Below the pieces are notes generated by a model. It had not been told where the DNA came from. It worked only from the letters and a program-made list of their open reading frames with translations, and did not search any database. This document shows, piece by piece, positions 27,446 through 28,528 of a DNA stretch of 28,528 bases. The stretch is from an uncultured bacterium (GTDB lineage: Bacteria; Cyanobacteriota; Vampirovibrionia; Gastranaerophilales; Gastranaerophilaceae): assembly GCA_949286405.1 (NCBI GenBank), contig CASECH010000157.1:1-28528 (forward strand), read 5' to 3'. The position numbers and the translations under genes are program-made. Positions within the stretch are counted from its first letter, which is position 1, and every line of letters starts with the position of its first letter.

Positions 27446-28528
27446 ATGGCTATTGAATTAAAACAGTTGTTAAACAGTTTAAAAAATCGTTTTGAAAAAA
27501 TAAAGGAGTGTCTTTGACTCTGAGAATCTAACTTCTGAATTAAAAGATTTGGAGATAAAAATGCAAGCTCCTGATATTTGGTCAGATAAAGATAAAGTTT
27601 CAAAGTTAGGTGTGCAGATTAAGGAAGTTAAAGAAAGTTTAGAGTTTTTATCAAATTGTCAGTCGATACTTGATGATGCTCAAGTTGCAATTGAAATCGA
27701 TGATGATGATTTAGTGAGAGAAAGTTCTATAAAACTTTGTGAATTAGAAAAATCTTTAGATAAATTTGAAATAAAGCAGATGTTGAGTGGAGAGTATGAT
27801 GAGGCTGATGCAATTTTAACGATTAATGCAGGTGCTGGTGGTACCGATGCTCAGGATTGGGCTTCTTTGCTATTGAGAATGTATATGCGTTGGGCTGAAT
27901 CGAGAGAGTGGAAAGTTGATTTGCTTGACAAATTGGATGGAGAGGAAGCTGGTATAAAATCAGCGACTATTAAGATTTCTGGTAAGTATGCTTTTGGTTA
28001 TGCAAAAGCTGAAAAAGGAGTACATAGACTTGTCAGGATATCACCATTTAATGCGAACGGTAAACGTCAGACAAGTTTTGCATCTGTAGAAGTATCTCCA
28101 ATAATAGAAGATTTTGAAAAAACAATAGTGATACCTCCGGAAGAACTTGAGATAGATACAATGCGTTCAGGAGGTGCTGGTGGACAGAATGTTAATAAGG
28201 TTGAGACTGCTGTAAGAATCTTACACAAACCTACAGGTATTGTGGTTAAGTGTCAGCAAGAACGTTCTCAACTGCAAAACAAAGAAAATGCTATGCAAAT
28301 TCTTGCTTCAAAACTGCTTGCAATAAGACAGGCTGAGCATGAAAAGAAACTCGCAGAATTAAAAGGTGAGAATGTAGATATCAACTTCGGTTCCCAAATT
28401 CGATCTTATGTATTTCATCCTTATAAAATGGTAAAAGATCATCGAACAAATTATGAAGTAGGAAATGTTGATGCTGTTATGGATGGCGATATTGATGCCT
28501 TTGTCGAAGAATTTTTAAGAAAAAACTG
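27446..28528 (+). CDS. prfB: Peptide chain release factor 2 with programmed +1 frameshift (3'-partial)
   Basis: ORF1 27446-27514 (MAIELKQ...KIKECL) ends at CTT TGA C. The +1 frame from 27516 encodes [44 protein letters not shown] and GSQIRSYV and runs to the window edge. Not in the ORF track. Confidence 0.97.
27503..27518 (+). other. RF2 autoregulatory frameshift site
   Basis: AAGGAG TGT CTT TGA C: internal SD-like element, 3-nt spacer, then the slippery CTT-TGA-C, matching the established prfB signal. Confidence 0.95.

Overview
Low-GC (roughly 30% by eye), gene-dense bacterial chromosome segment. It has no tRNA/rRNA, CRISPR array, transposase or integrase that I can support. Order: 3' end of gap (GAPDH), DUF378 protein, fused two-module M16 peptidase, purA, etfA-etfB-small Cys4 protein-NfnA/SudB-type flavo-[2Fe-2S] subunit, sugar O-acetyltransferase, PfkB kinase, 739-aa unknown protein, pnp, small unknown ORF, two tandem paralogous proteins with a split HNH motif, tsaB-tsaE, GAF-GAF-GGDEF cyclase, yebC, glyS, two small ORFs (one ACT/TM1266-like), 5'-nucleotidase, three tandem paralogous membrane proteins, and prfB with its +1 programmed frameshift (absent from the ORF track). 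The fermentative gene content, stand-alone glyS and recurrent polar N-terminal leaders ending in an (I/V)xF(K/M/N)(G/A/C) motif suggest a non-photosynthetic cyanobacterial relative (Melainabacteria/Gastranaerophilales-like); that assignment is inference only. Best candidates for undescribed biology: (1) the tandem HNH proteins whose Zn-knuckle and catalytic halves are separated by 190-305 aa helical inserts, (2) an NfnA + Cys4 mini-protein + EtfAB operon lacking both usual partner subunits, (3) a shared leader motif that may be an export or processing signal.
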